A DNA stretch of 64,000 nucleotides from the human T2T-CHM13v2.0 reference genome, Homo sapiens. Below are positions 1 to 58,914 of this stretch, piece after piece. Under the pieces are notes generated by a model, which worked only from the letters and a program-made list of their open reading frames with translations, searched no databases and was not told the DNA's origin. Position 1 is the stretch's first letter; the number at the start of each line of letters is the position of its first letter. Where the stretch lies: assembly GCF_009914755.1 (NCBI RefSeq), contig NC_060941.1; one strand, 5' to 3'. A program made the translations under genes and the position numbers.

Positions 1-1
1 T

Positions 2-783
<782 letters not shown>

Positions 784-1204
784 AATCTCCTTGAGGAGGG
801 ACCCAGGGCCAGCTGCCCCCCGTACTCAAAGAGAAAAATGGAGCTGTCGACTGTGGTTAACCTTGATAAAAACAATAATTCAGGTTATGCTGAGTGCTTG
901 ATCTTCACAAGTGCCCCAGGAGTGATCTCACATTTCAATCCCCACGTTATGGATGTAGCAGGCGAGAGAGAGAGAGGGAGTAACTTGCTGAGTCCAGTGG
1001 GAGTGGGTAGCAGAGCTGAGACTTCAGCCCAGAGTCACAGCCCTACAGCTTACGCCATGCACACTGCACTCCCAGGACCCGGGTAAGAGGAGTGGGCTGG
1101 GCCATTCCAGCATCAGACGGAGGGGGCCACGAGGGAGCAGCAGGCCCCTCGCTGAGCAGGGACACACACAGCCTCAGTGCCGTCCTCAGGAACGCCCTGC
1201 CTAG

Positions 1205-1350
1205 AGCAGCGATTCTCTACTGGGGAAGATTTTGCCCCCAACAGGACATCTGTCAATGTCTGGGGACAACCGGTGAGGAGAGTGCTTCTGGCATTGAGTG
1301 GGTAGAGACAGGGACCCTGCTCAGCATCCTGCACACAGGACAGCCCCCTA
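1205..1350 (+). mobile_element. MER20-like DNA transposon fragment
   Basis: gattttgcccc..tggcattgagtgggtagag..caggacagccccc. Confidence 0.65.
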
Positions 1351-2259
1351 CATTTTGGACAGTGGAGTCATGCTAGAGAGGCCCAATTTAGAGAAAAATC
1401 TACCCAAATGGAGCATCCCAAGAGAAAGTACAGGCTCTGCACACACTAACCTGAGCACACCGAAGGCCCCTGTGAGAGGCTGGCACCATGAGCTCGAAGG
1501 CAGGAGGACCTTCTTTCACTGAACTGGAATTTTGACCTTTGGCTTGTGCCTGCAAAAGGAGGCTGCCTGATGGAATCAGCAGGTCCCTTGTGGGTGCAGA
1601 GAACGCCACTGGGCAGGGACAGCATTTGAAGAGGCATTTGAGGAGTGGCCGTGGAAGAGGAAAGGAGAGCCCCACAGACGGCACCCGGCAAAGGGCAGCA
1701 CGAGCTCAGCGGGTGCGGTGCCAATGCTGCCAACCCGTACGATGACCTTCACTGACCTCTCACGCTGGCCTCACCAGGAATCTGTTGTTTAGTCCCTTCC
1801 TAAGAGGAGGCAAACCAAACCACGAGGCATCACTGGGGCGCCAGAGGTGCCTGGAAAAACCCACCCCGTGGGTGTGGACTGTGCACTGGGACCACGCTGG
1901 AGCCGGTTTGGGAAGTGCGGAAGCAGCGGCCGGACTCAAGTGTCCACAGCACAGTGACGTCCTTCCTGTCCGTGCCACCCGGAAAAGGGGGTGCTTCCTT
2001 GGCCTCTTTTGCTCAGCTGACTTAATGAATGCACCGCTTAACCAAAGATGCTTCCACTGTGACCACAACAGCCCAGTGGCTCTTGGGAGAATCACTGTCC
2101 CCTTTCCCCACCGTGTGGCTGCTGGGGACTGTAGGCCCCAAGGCAGGACTCTGAGGAGGGACCCCCTGCCCTTTATAAGTAACAAAATTAAGTGTTTCCC
2201 GGGTCCCAGAGGCCCCTGAGATGTTACTGATGCCCAAGTAGGAGGCAAAGGTGACTGCT

Positions 2260-2709
<450 letters not shown>

Positions 2710-4069
2710 TATTAAAAACTTTTTTAAGTGACTACTGATGGCCTACCAGGGTCAGCATCCAGAGACCCCCCAGCCAGCCTCTCTGTGTGCTGACGTCCTG
2801 GGGACGCCTGCAGCACTGGTGGGAAGTGTAGATAGAGGCAGTGTTTTCACGGCATTTCCAGGCAGGGAAGTCTGAACCCAGCTCAGGCGCTTGCCATCCG
2901 GGTAACGTTGCCTACACTCAGCCCTGTGCCAGGCACTTGCCATGAGTGGAGAATAAACCAGATGCAGGCCCCGCCTCCCAGAGCCGGTACACCAGTGGGA
3001 GGCAGGGAAAGCTGATAGATAGGCAGATACCTACAGAACGACAGTTGTGCAAAGTGCATGTTAAGGAAGAGTACAGGGTGCCGTGAGAGGGATAACAGGA
3101 AGAACTAACCTAGACTCTAGAGAAGAAGGAGCTGGCCAGGAGGCCTCCATGAGAAAGGGACAATGCAGCTGAGACCTTAAGAACAAGCATGAGCAGAGAT
3201 GTGTGTACACGTGCGAGTGCATCTGTGTGCATGTGTGATGACGTGCGCATCTGTGTGGAGGGGCACCCCAGGCAGGGCAGCTGCACACACAATTCCGGAA
3301 GGAGGAAAGAAGCCGGTGCTGCTCTGTTAGACCAACAGGGAGTCATCAGTGTGACCGGAGTGAGTAAGGGCTAGAGCCTGGAACCAGCCAGCGACAGCAA
3401 GAGTCTGCTGGGGCAGGTCTTGATGTCAAGGATTTTGACCTTGCTCCAAAGATCACTGAGAAGCACGGGTGCGGCTTGATGAAGCCTTTGCTGGTGGAGG
3501 GAGGCCTGGAGGGAGGCACCTGGGGGTCGGTTGGGAGCACATTGTGGTGTCAGGCAAAAGAGATGGCAGCTTGGAGTGGGGCGATGGCCACGAAATTACT
3601 TACCTCTCTGCACCTCTGCTATCTACCTTCAGGAATTGTTTGGGTGAGTAAATGAAATAACACACTAGCCACTGGGTTCAAAATAAGTGCTCAATAAACG
3701 CCTATCACCTCCCTCACTTAGAAGCATCTGACGACCACCTGGGACAGGCCTCATGGCTGGTGGCAAGTTCTAGGTTAGTACAAGGAGCTACTAGAATGAC
3801 TTGTGAATTTGTTTCTTGGGGTCCTTTCAGCATCTGCACCCCAAATTTGGAAGAGGATGCTGGGGCTTAAGAGAAAAGTCCTCAATCCATGCTTTGTTTT
3901 CCCAATAACTCTCTTCCATTTCCCCTCCCAAGTCGTACCTCCAGGAGCCAAGCCTGGGAGTAGCCATGCCCAGAACACAAGGAGGTGGGACTTTGCCCAG
4001 GTTGCCCTAGAGCTCTAGAGGGCCAACGGGCTTTAGAAAGGGCTTATCAAAACCAGTGGCTTCCAACTA

Positions 4070-4520
<451 letters not shown>

Positions 4521-4793
4521 TCACTTCAGGCAACTCAATGAAGATTTCAATGAGCTCACAAAAGCCTGAGCCCAGGTAGGTTTTTAGTAACCTTTAATGT
4601 ATGCGGTTTGACCATGAACAGGAGTTCCTCAGCATCCCTGAGTCTTAGGACCCTCATAGGTAAACAAAAGATTCTAGTGAAGATTAACCATGACAACACA
4701 GATTCAGCACCTAAAGTGGCTACCAGCAGATTGCAGGTGCATACTAAACCTTAGTTTCCTGGGCTGAGGTGAAGCTGAAGCGGTAAGTCCCCC

Positions 4794-4802
4794 TTTCTTT
4801 CT

Positions 4803-4854
<52 letters not shown>

Positions 4855-4882
4855 TTCTCTCTTTCTTCTTTTTTTTTTTTTT
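4794..4882. repeat. (CT)n/(TTTC)n polypyrimidine tract at Alu tail
   Basis: Direct reading. Confidence 0.9.
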
Positions 4883-5188
4883 GACACAGTCACGCTCTGT
4901 TGCCCAGGCTGGAGTGCAGTGGCACGATCATAATTCACTTGCAGCCTCAACCTCCTGAACTCAAGTGATCCTCCCACCTCAGCCTCCTGAGTAGCTGGGA
5001 CTAGCGGTGTGCACCATCATGCCTGACTTCCTTATTTATTTATTTATTTATAGAGACAGCAGGGTGGTGGGAACAGGGGCGGTCTCCCTATGGTGCCCAG
5101 GCTAGTCTCGAACTCTGAGCTCAAGAGATCTTTCTGCCTCGGCCTCCCAAAGTGTTGGGATTATAAGCATGAGCCATCACATCTGGCC
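4862..5188 (-). mobile_element. AluJ-like
   Basis: Antisense Alu. Confidence 0.88.
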
Positions 5189-5368
5189 TAAATCCCTTTT
5201 CTGATGAGATGTCGGCTGTTTCCAAGGATCTTAAATGTCTGCACGTGGGTCTAAATCAAATGCTCCTGCTGTGTGTGGGCAGGTTTGCTCAAGTAGATTT
5301 TCTCACTCATTCATTGACTAAACTCTCACTAGATACTGTACTGGAAATATGAAGTTAAGAGCCAGCTT

Positions 5369-6003
<635 letters not shown>

Positions 6004-6069
6004 AGAGGAGAGAGAGAGGGGCAGAGAGAGAGAGACCGATCTAATCCAGTGGGATGCAGGCTGGCACCC

Positions 6070-6660
6070 CTGTATTTGTCAGGACTCTTGGTCACATGTT
6101 TAAGAAACCCATTCTAGCTAAAGCCAAGAAAGAATATTTGTTGGCTCAAGAAACTTGGAAGACCAAGGCTAACAGCTTCAGGTGTTGCTGGATCTAGCAA
6201 CTCAGATGTTGTCATTTGGTATCTCTCTGCACAGCTTCTTTCTTTGCCTCAGTTTTATGAACTTCTGCTTTAGTGAAGCTGCTTTCATTGGATAAGGGGA
6301 GGGATTAGATATGACCCCACCCCCCGATTTTAGTCATTTCAGCCAGTAATCCCAAAGGCAGGAGAGAGCTCCTCCCTCCCAGTATAACAAAATTCCAGGG
6401 AAAGGCTCTGATTGGCCTAATGTGGGTCATAGCCCATCCCCTTGGACCAATCACTGTGACCACAGTCAAGTCTGGGTTGCATGCCTTCTGCCATGGCTGG
6501 GAGTGGAACAGGATGCTGTGATGGGCTCCATCAGAATGACATGGACTAGAGAAGAGGCAGTTCCCCCAAGGAAAGGGGAGGTGACACATAAGATGAGCTT
6601 GGAAGAAGGAGTTAGCCAGATAGATAAGTGGAAATGGAACTCCAGGACAGAGTGGCAGGA
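6070..6660. mobile_element. Old MaLR (MLT1-like) LTR fragment
   Basis: ctctgattggcc..accaatcactgtg motifs typical of old MLT1. Confidence 0.5.
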
Positions 6661-7449
6661 ACAAAGCCCAGAGAGGAGAGAAGAGCTGCTCACGCAGAGG
6701 ACTGCACTTGGTTGAGCACGGCCAGAGCAAGGGTGGTAGAAGGGGACGAGCCAAGAAGAGGCAGGGAAGGCTGCAACTACAGGCTAAAGAGCCGACCCCA
6801 AACAGAAGGCAATGGGGCACCATGGCAGGATTTCAAGTAAGGTCACGACACCCATCTGTCCTAGAGCAGTGAGGGAATGGAGTCAAACTGGAGGCAAAGA
6901 GACCACGCAGTGTACGTGGTCATCCAGATGAGAAACTGAAGTCCCAGGCTGCAGGCAGCAGTGATGGGAGTGGAGAGGAGGGACAGAAACGGGTTCCAGG
7001 GCAGGACCAGGATGCAGAGCACATGGACTGAGCATACATCAAGTGCCTGGGTCTCTGCCCGTGCAGGGCTTACTTTGATTCAGGCTCTGTCAGGGCATAA
7101 TGAGAGTTCTGTGGACCAGGAGAGGAGGGGTCTGATATGGAGGATGACGAGAAATTTGACAGAGGTAAGCTGGAAAGGGTGTACCAGGTTGGAGGACTGG
7201 CATGAGCAAAGGCCCCAGTGTAGGACCTGGCTCTAGCATACATTTGGGAATAAGCAAGTGGTGAAGGTGAGTGGAAGGCCGAGCCCACAGAGCAGAATGA
7301 GTTTAAATGAAGCCGGGCAGGAGGCTGAAAGGGGTTGTGGAGAGTAAAGTGTCTGCCTTTACTTCTGTGTTAGAGAACACAGGAGGTCTCTGCCTGTCAG
7401 ATCGCTCCCCTTTCAAAGATCTCTGCCTGACAGATCTCTTCCCCTTTCA

Positions 7450-9569
<2,120 letters not shown>

Positions 9570-10995
9570 CCCGACCCGATTCTTGTCACAGTATGCCCAT
9601 TTGCAAACTGTCCAGCCTACAGCCTAGGCCAAGGAACAGGACAAAACCTGGGATCCCGGGCAGGAGAGTTTGGTTTCCACCAAGTTTTACTTGGTTTATC
9701 TATTTATTAAACCCAAGGCTGACGGCTGCTTCTTGCTGCTGTTTATTAATAACGATTCCCAACACAGGCTCCTCAGGGGCAGCCGGGGAAGCCAGTCCCA
9801 GGGCACAGGCTGGCATCACACTCTGCCTCTGAGGGACCCCAGGCAGTCTGAGGCAGCCCTGGGGACATGAGTGCTTCCTTTCCCAGCCCCTTCCCTGGAA
9901 AGTGAAACCCATCGTGGCTTCCTCTCCCAGTCTTGGGGCTGCCGGGCTCAGCTTCGGTGGGGGCAGAGGACACAGAGGATGGACATCAGAATTGGGAGAG
10001 GCTCCAACATCCCCCAGGAAACTGAGGCCCCAGGGAGGCAGGAAAAACCAGCTCCAGGTGGCTGGCCGAGTTGGAGGCGGAACTGGGACCAGAATCCTGT
10101 TTTCCCAGGGCCTCCTGAGGACAGGAACCTTTCCCCTGTGTTCCCTGGGAGTGCAACCGTTGTTATTGTCGCCAAGAATGGAGGCGGTAGCGTCAGACCT
10201 AGACTTTCTTGCACAGTATTGTGGCTCTTCCAGCAGCAGGCGGGGAGCCAGCAGGGCACACGGACCCAGCCATCGTGACCTAGATTCTGGGTTCAGGGGT
10301 AGAGACTTGTTTGCTAGTGGGTCGCACTGAGTCAGGCTCTTCTGTAGCACACCCCAGGTAACAGAGGTGCTGGGCGGCCTGAGCAAAGGGACAACTTTTT
10401 GCCACCCATGCCAGTGGGCAGTGGGTGCAGACACCCACAGCACAGGCACCTGCTGCGATGCACGCGGCGCCCACGGAAACCCGAGGCTGCCAGCCGCCGC
10501 CCTGGAGACCCCAGAGACAGCGGCAGATGCGTGTGCTTCAAGGGGCAGCGTGGCTGCTGGGGCGCTCCCTAAAGGGCAGTGGCACGGGGTCGCGCCGCGA
10601 GCAGAGGGGCGCGGGTGGGCGCGCAGGAGTTAGCGAACTGACACGGAGGCGCCAGGCGGACGCACGGACGCACCGAGGGCCGCAGGGCCGCACAGCCGGG
10701 CACACATCGTCGCGCAGCGGTTCAGGCTCGGGGGCCTCCTCGGCGGAGGCGGCCAACTCTCACCCTCAGCGCGGGGAGGGGCGGGCGCCGGGGGCGGGGC
10801 GGCGCCGTCCGGGCCCTCCCCCTGCCCCGCCTCGGGTCGGCGTCCTTAGCCGCTGGCGCGTTGTTGGTTTCGGGTTGTCAGGCAGCGCGCGAGGCGGCGG
10901 GCAGCTAGCAGCTGGCGGACGCGACCCGGAGGCGGTGGGGGTGCGGCTGAGCCATGCCCGGTGGCGCGGCCTGAGCCCCTCCACCTGCTGCAATC

Positions 10996-39946
<28,951 letters not shown>

Positions 39947-40430
39947 GGGGCCCTGCCTGGAACTGGCTCTCTCACCTCCCAAGACTGAATGGGGTCTAGC
40001 AGGGCATGGGAGGTGGAGGCTGGGCAGATGGAGATGACCAGGAAGTAAGCTCAGGATCTCAGCAGGCCAGGGCTCCTGAGACCCAGGAACTGGGGTCTCT
40101 GCCCAACCCTCCCATGCTTTCAGTGCCACTGGGGAAAAGAGGTGAGGCCAGGGGACATGGCCAGGACGGCTGGGCTCCCTGGCTTCCCAGCCCTGGACAG
40201 AATGCTGTTGCCAAAACCTGCACAGCCCTGAGGCCAGCCTCGGCCTTGGTAACGGGGGAAAGCAGCTGACAGTGAGACGGGGCTCCTGGCCCACGTGTGG
40301 GGCACGGGCATCCTGGATGGTTGGGGAGGCGCCGACAGGCACTTCACGTATTACAATTGGGGATGTGGGTGAGGGAGGGAATCTGGTTTTGTTACTTGGC
40401 AGTGGTTTTTTCTCACCCTTCCTTTTTAAC

Positions 40431-40436
40431 AATAAA
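40431..40436 (+). terminator. KIF19: KIF19 polyadenylation signal AATAAA
   Basis: AATAAA about 485 nt after the stop, followed by GT-rich ttgatggttgtgttgg. Confidence 0.85.
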
Positions 40437-41069
40437 ATCCCATTTGGGTCTTGATGGTTGTGTTGGAAATTTGACCTTGTCTGGAATGTGGGGTGGCCAT
40501 GACTAAGATTCAACCAACTCCCGCTCCCCCTAGTCCCCATCTACCCCTGGCTCGCTATATAGCACCAACCTACAAATACCTGGGGGAGAGGGGTTTTTCT
40601 CTAGATCCTGAGGCCTCTCCCCATGGTGGGGCTAGCAAGATCCGTTATGTCCCTATCCCACTGGCCTTCACACCTGCCCAGGCACCCTCCCAGGAGAGGT
40701 CAGGGACCTGAGGCGGCCCAGATGCCAGAAAGTCTCACAACCCAGATGAGGCGGTTGCCCCTCGAGGTCAGGGCTCAGAAACTGCCCAGCTAAGCCCCTC
40801 AGCCTCAAAGTGAGGAAACTCCTGCAAGGGGAATGGGGTGCTCCCTGACTCCCCCGCAAGGGGAATGGGGCGCTCCCTGTCTCCCAGGCAGGTGGGTTGC
40901 TGTGACCATGTGGATGCTTTTACCTGCCCTAGTTCTGTGTCTGGGTGGGGGAAAAGCTCAACAAAGGGGAGTGAAACCCCTAAACCCCCTGGCTTGTGGG
41001 ACCCTCCCTGGGTTGTTTTTACCCAGAAACTGAGTGGTTCAATCATCCCTTTACCACTCTGAGCATCGG

Positions 41070-41075
41070 TTTATT
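41070..41075 (-). terminator. BTBD17: BTBD17 distal AATAAA
   Basis: tttatt on + strand, about 215 nt past the stop. Confidence 0.55.
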
Positions 41076-41270
41076 CAGGACCAAGAACGTTCCTTCAAGT
41101 CAGCTGTGAAATCAGCTCTTGAAACCAGGCATCTTGTCTACCACGCCTCACCTGGACTCCACCCCAGCCCTAGGGTGGCCGGCGCCTGGCCATCCAGGGG
41201 ACCAGGCTTGTTGCCACCTCCAGGCTCGCCTTGCCCTTCCCAGACCCACAGGGACCACCTAGGCCAGGCC

Positions 41271-41276
41271 TTTATT
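41271..41276 (-). terminator. BTBD17: BTBD17 proximal AATAAA
   Basis: tttatt on + strand, 14 nt past the stop. Confidence 0.5.
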
Positions 41277-41290
41277 CCCAGACCCCGAGG

Positions 41291-46452
<5,162 letters not shown>

Positions 46453-46523
46453 CTTTATGCTCAGCCCCCAAGTCCACTGGAGGGACGGTGAAGCCCAGAC
46501 CACTCTGCTCACATCCCTCTTCC

Positions 46524-46644
46524 TTATATAGGATCCGGCACAAGGGGACGGCACCCCCCTTCCTGCTTGGCCTCCCTCCCCCACTCAGCCTCCTCCATGG
46601 ATTGGTGGAAACTGGCCCCAGCTGTTGCCCAGGCAACCACTTAA
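46524..46644 (-). promoter_or_regulatory. BTBD17 proximal promoter: TATA (46524-46530), CCAAT (46601-46605), E-box, X-box, NKX site (46619-46644)
   Basis: TATATAA about 75 nt above the ATG; motifs read directly from sequence. Confidence 0.7.
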
Positions 46645-47588
46645 GCCAGAGAGCGGCAGCCCCGGGGGCTATTGTGCTGCCTGTGGGCCCCCAAGGGGAA
46701 CAGATCCGGAACCCTCCTCCCCCAATCTCCTTACCACCCAGCAGGGCTAGCCGTGCCTCTCCCTGGAAAGTTTCAGGCTCTCTGCAGAATAGGCGAGGGG
46801 CTCCAGGACCACTGGCAGCCATTGGCCTGAGGGTCCCCAGTTCCCTCCCCCAACCCCAGGCCTCGGCCCTGGCACAGAGCACACTTGGCAGCGTCGTGCC
46901 TGGAGCACCATGGTGAGCCGGCTGCAAAGGAAGGGCCTGGAAGAGGAAAGGAGAGGCGGCTGAGGCTCCCACCCCTCCCCCACTCCCATTTTGGGGTGGG
47001 GCAGCTCCTCAGAGAGAAGCTCAGAGATCTCTCGAATAGGGGCCCATGGGCAACTGATGTCAGTTTCATATTCTTTGTTGAAGAAGGTTCCTGGAATGCT
47101 GTGGGGAGGGTGATGGGCTGGCAGGAAAGTTCTGTGGGGACTGTGACTGTCGCCTCCCCCAGGGGCAAGCTGAGCCAGGTGGCAGGGCTGGGCATAGAGC
47201 AGATGCACCCTGCCCCGTGCACCACTGCATGGGTGACCCCTGCCCAGAGCGGGGCTGGCCACCTTCTAGCTCTGCGCTCCAGCCAGCCCAAGGCTGGGGA
47301 CTGTCTGCCCTGCTATTTCCTGACTTGAATTCTCCTTCCCCAAGTGGCCTCAGGTCTCTGGGTTCACCTCCTTGGAAGGCTTGTTTTACCAGCTTCTGTC
47401 TTATTTCCCACTGTAATTTTTCCTTTTCCAGGCTAAGGAGGCATGCTGCAGACCTGGTGTTTCACTCCCAATGTAAGGAAACTGAGGCAGGGAGCTAGGT
47501 TGCAGTCTCAGTTGGGTTAGTGCAGAGGAGTGCTCTTCTAAAAACAAAGGCAACAGAGAGAGGAAAGTGAGTCTGGAGCTCAGCAAAA

Positions 47589-47626
47589 GCGCGCGCGCGC
47601 GTGTGTGTGTGTGTGTGTGTGTGTGT
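47589..47626. repeat. (GC)6(GT)13 microsatellite
   Basis: Direct reading. Confidence 0.96.
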
Positions 47627-48680
47627 AGGGTGGCATGCTGTGAGTCCTCACCTTTGCAGGGAGCCAGCAGGGTCTGCCCCAGTTCTTCGTGGGAGGGACT
47701 CCTTTGAGCTTGGCTAACCGAAGTGGGTGACTCCCAAGGGATCTGACTCCGAGGCAGGGCTCTAGGTTGGGGATGAATTAAATCTTCCTCTCCCTGGCTC
47801 TCTGGATCCCAGGGGCCAGCTCGATGCATTGATTTCTGCCTCTGGCTGGCACAGAGACCCAGCAGCTCCACCCCCTCTCTGGAGCCGCAGAGAGAGCAAG
47901 AACTGGGTCTGGCACCTGCCTCGTCCGGGTTGGCAGAGTTGGAGCTCTCCAGCCCAGCGGAAACCCCTCCAGCTGCCCTGAGTTTCATGCCTGGCTCCCC
48001 TCGTCCAAATCCACTATCCCTTGCCCACTGGCTGCCCGCCTGCCCTTCCCATGGGCTGTACCATGTCCTGGCTCAACCCAGCAAGTCCAAGTCTCCATGC
48101 AGCAGGGCAGCCCTGGTCCCTGAGGGCATCCCAGCTTCCAAGCACAGTGCTTTCGATAGGAATGTTATTGATGATAAGAGAACCCGCTACTCAGAAAACT
48201 GTCGTTTGATATTTGTGCCTCTCAACTCCAGCCTCCTTCAGCCTCTGCATCAGTCATTCTTTGTTTTGTTTTGCTTTTCTAGAGGCAGAATCTCTCAGTC
48301 ACCAAGGCTGGAGTGCAGTGACACAATCATAGCTCACTGCAGCCTCAAACTCCTAGGCCCAAGCGATCCTCCTGCCTCAGCCTCCCAAGTAGCTGGGACA
48401 AAGGCAGTGCCACCACGCCTAGCTAATTTTGTGTCAGTCATTCTTGAAGGGTAGCCACCTGCATTAGAATCTCCCATGCTCCACCTTGGAACCAGGATTT
48501 TCAGGGGCAGGGTCTGGCTGTCTGTATTTTCTAAGTACTCCCAGACAATTGTTATACGCACCCCAAGACAAGCGCTACCTACTAGAGCTAGATTGGTGGC
48601 ATTTCAAGTGTGAAGGAAGCTGGGAGGCCCTGGATCATCAAGAAGACCCGGAAGAGTCACCTCTGACTCCCCATCTCTGA

Positions 48681-48987
<307 letters not shown>

Positions 48988-49108
48988 TAGCCGGGATGGT
49001 CTCAATCTCCTGACCTCGTGATCCAACCGCCTCGGCCTCCCAAAGTGCTGGGATTACAGGCGTGAGCCACCGTGCCCGGCCTCTCATTTTCGTAACAGAG
49101 CATTGCTG

Positions 49109-49110
<2 letters not shown>

Positions 49111-49153
<43 letters not shown>

Positions 49154-49310
49154 GTATGCATGTGCACATGTGTGTATGCAGTGCGTGTGTGTGCATGTGC
49201 CTATTTATATGTGTGTGCGTATTGTGTGTGTCCATGCATGTGCGTGGTGTGTGTGCATGCATATTTGTGGATATGTGTGTGTGGTATGTGTACATGCATA
49301 TGTATGTGTG
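49111..49310. repeat. (GT)20 plus degenerate TG/CA-rich tract
   Basis: Direct reading. Confidence 0.93.
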
Positions 49311-49384
49311 GGGGAGTGTCCTGGGGCGGGAGAGAGGAAGCCAGGTATTTGCCCTGAGCCCTTTTTTTTTTTCTTTTGAGATGA

Positions 49385-49834
<450 letters not shown>

Positions 49835-49992
49835 TCACAAGCCAGCACCATCCTAGAGAGGAGTGTTACTTCCCGCCCCAGACGGGAGTGTTTATAGCCC
49901 AAGCCATGTGTCTGAGGTCTTATGACCAGGAACCTCAGAGGCAGGATTTATTTTTCGAGTTCTGAGTTGTGCTTGACTTTTCTTTTTTCTGA

Positions 49993-50376
<384 letters not shown>

Positions 50377-50803
50377 TAATTGTTGTATTTTTAGTAGAGA
50401 CGGGGTTTCACCATGTTGGCCAGGATGGTCTCGATCTCCTGACCTCGTGATCTGCCCGCCTCGGCCTCCCCAAAGTGCTGGGATTACAGATGTGAGCCAC
50501 CATGTCCAGCCCATGCTGTCTTTTTGGGGAAGTTTTTCCAATTGTGATAAGTGATCCCTTTGGACAAGGAATCTCTAGTACTGTAAAAGCAACGGAAAAC
50601 TCTTGCAAGCTTGGGACCAGATAAAGAGTTTCTGAATCTGCAAAGGGGGTGATCAGACACTGGACTGTGGTAACACCTCAGAGGGGTGGGCTCCAGACGC
50701 AGCCTGGCCCTACCTGGCACCCTCCCTTGCATCTGTAGTGCCTCCTGTCCTGACTTAGGGTTCCCTGAGTCACTGGGCCACTTGGACTGGGGACAGGAGA
50801 TCA

Positions 50804-51154
<351 letters not shown>

Positions 51155-51266
51155 TTAAATAAGAAGGAATCCTTGGCCAGGTGTGGTGGCTCACATCTGT
51201 AATCCCAGCACTCTGGGAGGCCGAGGCAGGTGGATTGCATGAGCCCAGGAGCTCGAGACCAGCCTA

Positions 51267-51506
<240 letters not shown>

Positions 51507-51568
51507 TCAGGCCTGGTGGCTCTGGCTGGACTGATCAGGGCTGAAGACTTCAGAGACCAAAAAGGTCA

Positions 51569-51982
<414 letters not shown>

Positions 51983-52166
51983 CTACCCTGGTCACTGACA
52001 CCACACCATGTAGGAAAGAATCGCCACCACCAAGAAGGGGCCTCTCACCTCTGTATAGGCTGTGTGCTGGCTGATGACGTGGTTGCCCTGTCCTGTCTGC
52101 TGCTGCCACTGAGCTGGACATCTCCAGGCTCCATCTCTTGAACCATGGATCCCAGCGTTGTTAGCA

Positions 52167-57271
<5,105 letters not shown>

Positions 57272-57613
57272 AGGAGGGGGCCCAGCTAGGGAGCTCAGGG
57301 TGGCTCATGGCCACATGTACTGGGGCCTTTGAGGTTGTACCCAAAACACGTTTATCAACAGCTTGCTTTCCTTGGGTGGGGGTGGAGGCTCCTCCTTTGG
57401 GTGTGGCTCCCAGGTAGAGAGGAGGACAACTTAGCCAGCTCTTATGTTTGCTTCACCAGCAATCCCTATTTCCTGGGAAGATGAAAGGGCACTGCCAGGC
57501 ACAGGCTAATAGCATCAGTGCTGTGGGCATTCCTTTGCGGGGGGCATTTTGCCTGGCTCATCGTGAATGCCAGATTAATGTTGGTTGAATGGATAGAAAA
57601 ACGGACAGATGGA

Positions 57614-58077
<464 letters not shown>

Positions 58078-58914
58078 TCAGGACTTAAGGCATTTCTTAG
58101 GCTGGAGGAAACAAAGAAATTGAGCTGAGCAATGGGAGGGGGCTGCTTGGGGGATAAAAGCCCCCAGGGCCAGTCAGAAAGGGGTGATCTTAAATCAGAT
58201 GTGAGGAGCCCAGGCCTGTGTCTGTCCAGCCACAGGAGACACAGCCCCTTAGGTCTCAAACACCCTGGTTGGATTCCACATTACTCCCTGCCCTAAACCA
58301 GTACAGGTTCATGGGCCCAGAACCAGCACTGGGGCTATAGTTTTTGTTGTTGCCAATGAGGAGAAAGAAAATGGTCTCTTAACCCAGGGTACTAGGAGAA
58401 CAGGAAAGGAGGACCTAGCTGGAGATGACCCTGAGCTTCTGCTGAGCCCCCCGAGCTCACGCCCCTTGGGGAAAGGTCTTTTCCTCCACCACTGGGAGGC
58501 GGGAGTTGGCAGAGTCCATCAGAGCCATGAGGAGCTCTGCTCCCCACCCTCAGCCTCTCCAGGGAGGCTCTCCAGGGCCCCTCTCTCCTCTCAGCACCAC
58601 CATCCCGGAGAGGCAGCTGGGAGAGATCAGCAGATGGAACTCCCAGCTGCTCCAGGCTGTGGGTAAACACATTAGCAGCTGAGCTAGGACCACTTTCTGC
58701 TTCCTGGTCAGGCTGAGCTGACCTTTGTCCTGAATGGGAGGTTCAGACCTGCCCCCACCCTCTTAGTGGGATGACATCAGTCAAAGAGCTGTTTGTGCAC
58801 CCAGCACACAGTCAATGCAGAATCAATGCTTGGCTTTCCACTTTGCCTCTCTGCTTCTCCCCAGAGCAGGGATGTCCAGACAGGGAGGTTCAGCTAACCC
58901 AGAAAGAGGATAAT

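Noticed and set aside
40045-40050. Donor-like GAA|gtaagc in the KIF19 3'UTR (possible NMD intron)
   Set aside because: Such motifs are common and no convincing paired acceptor was found before the PAS.
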